Part shown: positions 29,357 to 32,000 of the stretch, piece by piece
Layout of the letters: every line of letters begins with the position of its first letter
How positions within the stretch are numbered: position 1 is the stretch's first letter
From: Caedimonas varicaedens
Lineage (GTDB): Bacteria > Pseudomonadota > Alphaproteobacteria > Caedimonadales > Caedimonadaceae
Assembly (NCBI GenBank): GCA_001192655.1
Contig: BBVC01000022.1
Coordinates: 1 to 32,000, forward strand
Length of the DNA stretch: 32,000 nucleotides
Direction of reading: 5' to 3'
The notes under the pieces: generated by a model
What the model was told of the DNA's origin: nothing
What the model saw: the letters and a program-made list of their open reading frames with translations, nothing else
Databases searched by the model: none
Position numbers and translations under genes: made by a program

Positions 29357-29535
29357 CCTAAATTTTGGGTGGGGGGTTCCCCTTCAAGAGACTGTATTTT
29401 AACAATACCATGTACATTGTTCTTGAGATCATGCCTAAAAGAATGTATATGAAAATATTATCTGGCAGCGTTAAATAACTTAAAAAGATATATGCCAGGG
29501 CAACGACGATCAATATAATTAATTAAGCAGGTCAA

Positions 29536-30468
29536 ATGAAAATCCTTGCTGGGAATTCTAGTGTTGCTTTAGCCAAAAGCGTTGTTCAAATTTTAGATTT
29601 GTCTCTGGCTCAAGCTTCTATCAAGCATTTTGCCGATAAAGAACTTTTCGTTGAAATATTAGAGAATGTTCGGGGTGAGGACGTCTTTATTATCCAATCA
29701 ACATCTTATCCTGCCAATGACCATTTAATGGAATTGCTTATTATATTAGATGCTCTCAGGCGGGGTTCGGCGCGCCGCATTACAGCGGTCATCCCTTATT
29801 ATGGATATGCCCGCCAGGATCGCAAAACAAGTCCGCGTTCTCCTATTTCAGCGAAACTGACAGCCAATTTGATTACGGTTGCTGGCGCAAGCCGTGTGTT
29901 GACGTTTGATTTGCATTCGGCACAAATCCAGGGTTTTTTTGATATTCCCCTGGACAATCTTTTTTCATCCACTGTTTTTAGCCAGGATATCATAAAGAAC
30001 TATGGCAAGAGCAACGTTATGGTGGTTTCGCCTGATATCGGGGGGGTGGGGCGTGCACGGGCTATTGCCAAAAGAATCGATAGTGACCTGGCGATTATTG
30101 ATAAAAGGCGCGAGCGTGCAGGTGTATCAGAAGTCGTTAATATTATTGGAGACGTCAAGGGAAAAAATCTTATTCTGATCGATGATATTATTGATACAGC
30201 CGGGACGCTTTGTAATGCAGCGCATGCTTTGATGGATGCCGGCGCTTTGTCCGTCAGGGCTTATGTTACGCATGGTGTTTTATCCAATCCAGCCGTTGAA
30301 AGGATCATGACTTCTCCTATTCATGAGATTGTCGTAACAGACAGCATCCAAGGAAATGAAGAAGTTGTAAATTGTCCGAAAATTCGTTTTCTGTCCATTG
30401 CTCCCTTGCTGGCAGAGGGGATTAAGCGCATTTCTGAAGAAAAATCTGTATCCGTTTTATTCGACTAA
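29536..30468 (+). CDS. prs: ribose-phosphate pyrophosphokinase
   Basis: 310 aa. Motifs [24 protein letters not shown] and the PRPP loop [11 protein letters not shown]. Confidence 0.95.
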   Translation: MKILAGNSSVALAKSVVQILDLSLAQASIKHFADKELFVEILENVRGEDVFIIQSTSYPANDHLMELLIILDALRRGSARRITAVIPYYGYARQDRKTSPRSPISAKLTANLITVAGASRVLTFDLHSAQIQGFFDIPLDNLFSSTVFSQDIIKNYGKSNVMVVSPDIGGVGRARAIAKRIDSDLAIIDKRRERAGVSEVVNIIGDVKGKNLILIDDIIDTAGTLCNAAHALMDAGALSVRAYVTHGVLSNPAVERIMTSPIHEIVVTDSIQGNEEVVNCPKIRFLSIAPLLAEGIKRISEEKSVSVLFD

Positions 30469-30550
30469 CCAAAAGAGCTTGCAGAATACCCCTAAAAACG
30501 TGTAAATAGTCACACAAGTCTATAGACCTCAATCGTGTAAGGAGCTGGAA

Positions 30551-31204
30551 ATGTCAACCGTAGAAGTATTTAAAGTACAAATCAGGCCTCAAACGGGGGG
30601 CGGTGCCTCACGCTCATTGCGTCGTTCGGGCATGATCCCGGCGATCCTGTATGGTGGAGAGAAAGAGAATATTTCTCTCATGGTTGATCCTCGTGATGTG
30701 GAAAAAGGTTTGCATCAAAGCGGTTTTTATTCCAGAATTTTTGAGCTTGATGTCGGGGATAAAAAAGAACAAGCGCTGGTTCGTGAAGTGCAGTTTCATC
30801 CTGTCACAGATCGTCCCGTTCATATGGACTTCCTGCGTGTCAGGAAAGACAGTAAAATCCATGTGGCTGTTCCCGTTCATTTCCTCAATGAAAATCAATG
30901 CCCAGGTTTGAAGCAGGGTGGTATCCTCAATATCGTTCTTCATGATCTTGATGTTACCTGTGCAGCAGGCAGCATACCGGCAGAATTGACTGTAGATCTT
31001 ACAGGCTTGGAAATAGGCGCCATTATTCACACAGATGTGCTTCAGCTGCCCAAGGGTGTTGTGATCAGTCATCCTGATCGAGATAATACCCTGGCAACCA
31101 TTGTGGCTCCGAAGATTTCTCAGGGTGATGAAGAAGTCGCTGAGATAGAAGAAACAGCAACAACTGAAGAGCCTGCTGTTGCTGAGGCGTCGAAAGAGTC
31201 ATAG
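30551..31204 (+). CDS. rplY: 50S ribosomal protein L25 / general stress protein Ctc
   Basis: 217 aa. ..LRRSGMIPAILYGG.. and ..VQFHPVTDRPVHMDF.. are typical, with an acidic C-terminal tail. AAGGAG at 30540..30545. Sits in the conserved prs-rplY-pth context. Confidence 0.9.
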   Translation: MSTVEVFKVQIRPQTGGGASRSLRRSGMIPAILYGGEKENISLMVDPRDVEKGLHQSGFYSRIFELDVGDKKEQALVREVQFHPVTDRPVHMDFLRVRKDSKIHVAVPVHFLNENQCPGLKQGGILNIVLHDLDVTCAAGSIPAELTVDLTGLEIGAIIHTDVLQLPKGVVISHPDRDNTLATIVAPKISQGDEEVAEIEETATTEEPAVAEASKES

Positions 31205-31290
31205 AAAAGAAGAGTAATAATCATACGGACATGGGAAGTGCCGGGCTCTCTTTCATTGAAAGTAACTCAACATTTTCATAGGATGTTTGT

Positions 31291-31863
31291 GTGATACTTT
31301 TTGTTGGTCTTGGTAATCCTGGCACTCAATATGCTCTAAACCGTCATAATGTCGGTTTTATGGTGGTTGATGTTCTCGCAGATCATTTTTCTTTTTCTGC
31401 CTTTAAGCGACGCGGGGAAGCAGTTATTGCAGAGGGAGAAATTGCTTCCCGGAAAGTTACACTCCTAAAGCCCATGAATTTCATGAATCGATCGGGCATT
31501 TCTGTCAGTGAATTTGCGCATTTTTTCAAAATTCCTCTTGAGGATATTATTGTTGCTCATGATGACCTTGACCTTGTTCCGGGTAAAGTCAAAATTAAGC
31601 AGGGTGGGGGTGCAGGGGGACATAATGGGCTTAGAAGCCTGGATGCGCACCTGGGGCAAGATTATTGGCGTTTACGCATAGGGATTGGTCATCCGGGACA
31701 TCGAGATGCTGTTCATTCCTATGTATTGAAAAATTTTTCTAGTGAAGAGGAAGATTGGCTTGTTCCCTTACTTCAGGCGTTAGCAAGAGAAGCTTCTCTC
31801 CTTGTTCAAAAAGATATGCCGGGCTTTTTAAATAATTTGGCGCTTCGCTTGCGAGAAGCCTGA
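31291..31863 (+). CDS. pth: peptidyl-tRNA hydrolase
   Basis: 190 aa, GTG start. Motifs LFVGLGNPG..Y..RHN.GF and GGHNGL. Confidence 0.93.
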   Translation: MILFVGLGNPGTQYALNRHNVGFMVVDVLADHFSFSAFKRRGEAVIAEGEIASRKVTLLKPMNFMNRSGISVSEFAHFFKIPLEDIIVAHDDLDLVPGKVKIKQGGGAGGHNGLRSLDAHLGQDYWRLRIGIGHPGHRDAVHSYVLKNFSSEEEDWLVPLLQALAREASLLVQKDMPGFLNNLALRLREA

Positions 31864-31881
31864 TGGATAAAGGGTAAAATC

Positions 31882-32000
31882 ATGGGATTTAAATGCGGAA
31901 TTGTGGGATTGCCCAACGTTGGAAAATCAACTCTTTTTAATGCTCTGACGGCAACTGCGGCGGCTGAGGCGGCAAATTATCCTTTTTGCACGATTGAGCC
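31882..32000 (+). CDS. ychF: redox-regulated ATPase YchF, N-terminal fragment (runs off the window)
   Basis: [32 protein letters not shown] contains the P-loop and is the standard YchF N-terminus. It lies downstream of pth, as in many bacteria. Confidence 0.9.
   Translation, partial: MGFKCGIVGLPNVGKSTLFNALTATAAAEAANYPFCTIE

Noticed and set aside
1-32000. Scan for tRNA, rRNA, tmRNA or obvious riboswitch leaders in the intergenic regions
   Set aside because: No cloverleaf-like or rRNA-like sequence was recognised by eye. The intergenic gaps are short, or are explained by the IS, promoters and hairpins. A covariance-model scan (tRNAscan/Infernal) would be needed to exclude small ncRNAs.

Overview
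Low-GC Gram-negative chromosome segment. It is probably alphaproteobacterial and possibly from an IS-rich intracellular or symbiotic lineage. That inference rests on the presence of lpxI, the gene order rseP-bamA-skp-lpxD-fabZ-lpxA-lpxI-lpxB, and the overall composition.

The dominant feature is structural. Positions 1..10773 and 11084..21857 form a near-identical inverted repeat. Each arm carries an IS630-family end, an orphan secreted-protein gene, the lipid A/BamA/RseP envelope cluster, trmL and hemF. The arms are separated by a ~310-bp unique loop (10774..11083) holding the hemF 3' end and most of a solo ~29-bp IS630 terminal repeat.

Arm 1 has intact genes except for one hemF frameshift that both arms share. 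Arm 2 differs by 8 single-base homopolymer indels, and all 8 break reading frames (lpxB x3, fabZ, bamA x2, trmL, hemF). I also found 9 substitutions, most of them transitions. This is either a real IS/microhomology-mediated inverted duplication with one decaying copy, or an assembly fold-back. Raw reads are needed to decide.

To the right of the palindrome are:
- a complete compact IS630 element
- def and rsfS
- a 144-bp MITE-like palindrome
- an orphan T6SS vgrG tightly coupled to a MORN-variant (YwqK-like) repeat protein, with no other T6SS genes in the window
- a DHA2-type MFS transporter
- the conserved prs-rplY-pth-ychF block

I recognised no rRNA, tRNA or CRISPR array.
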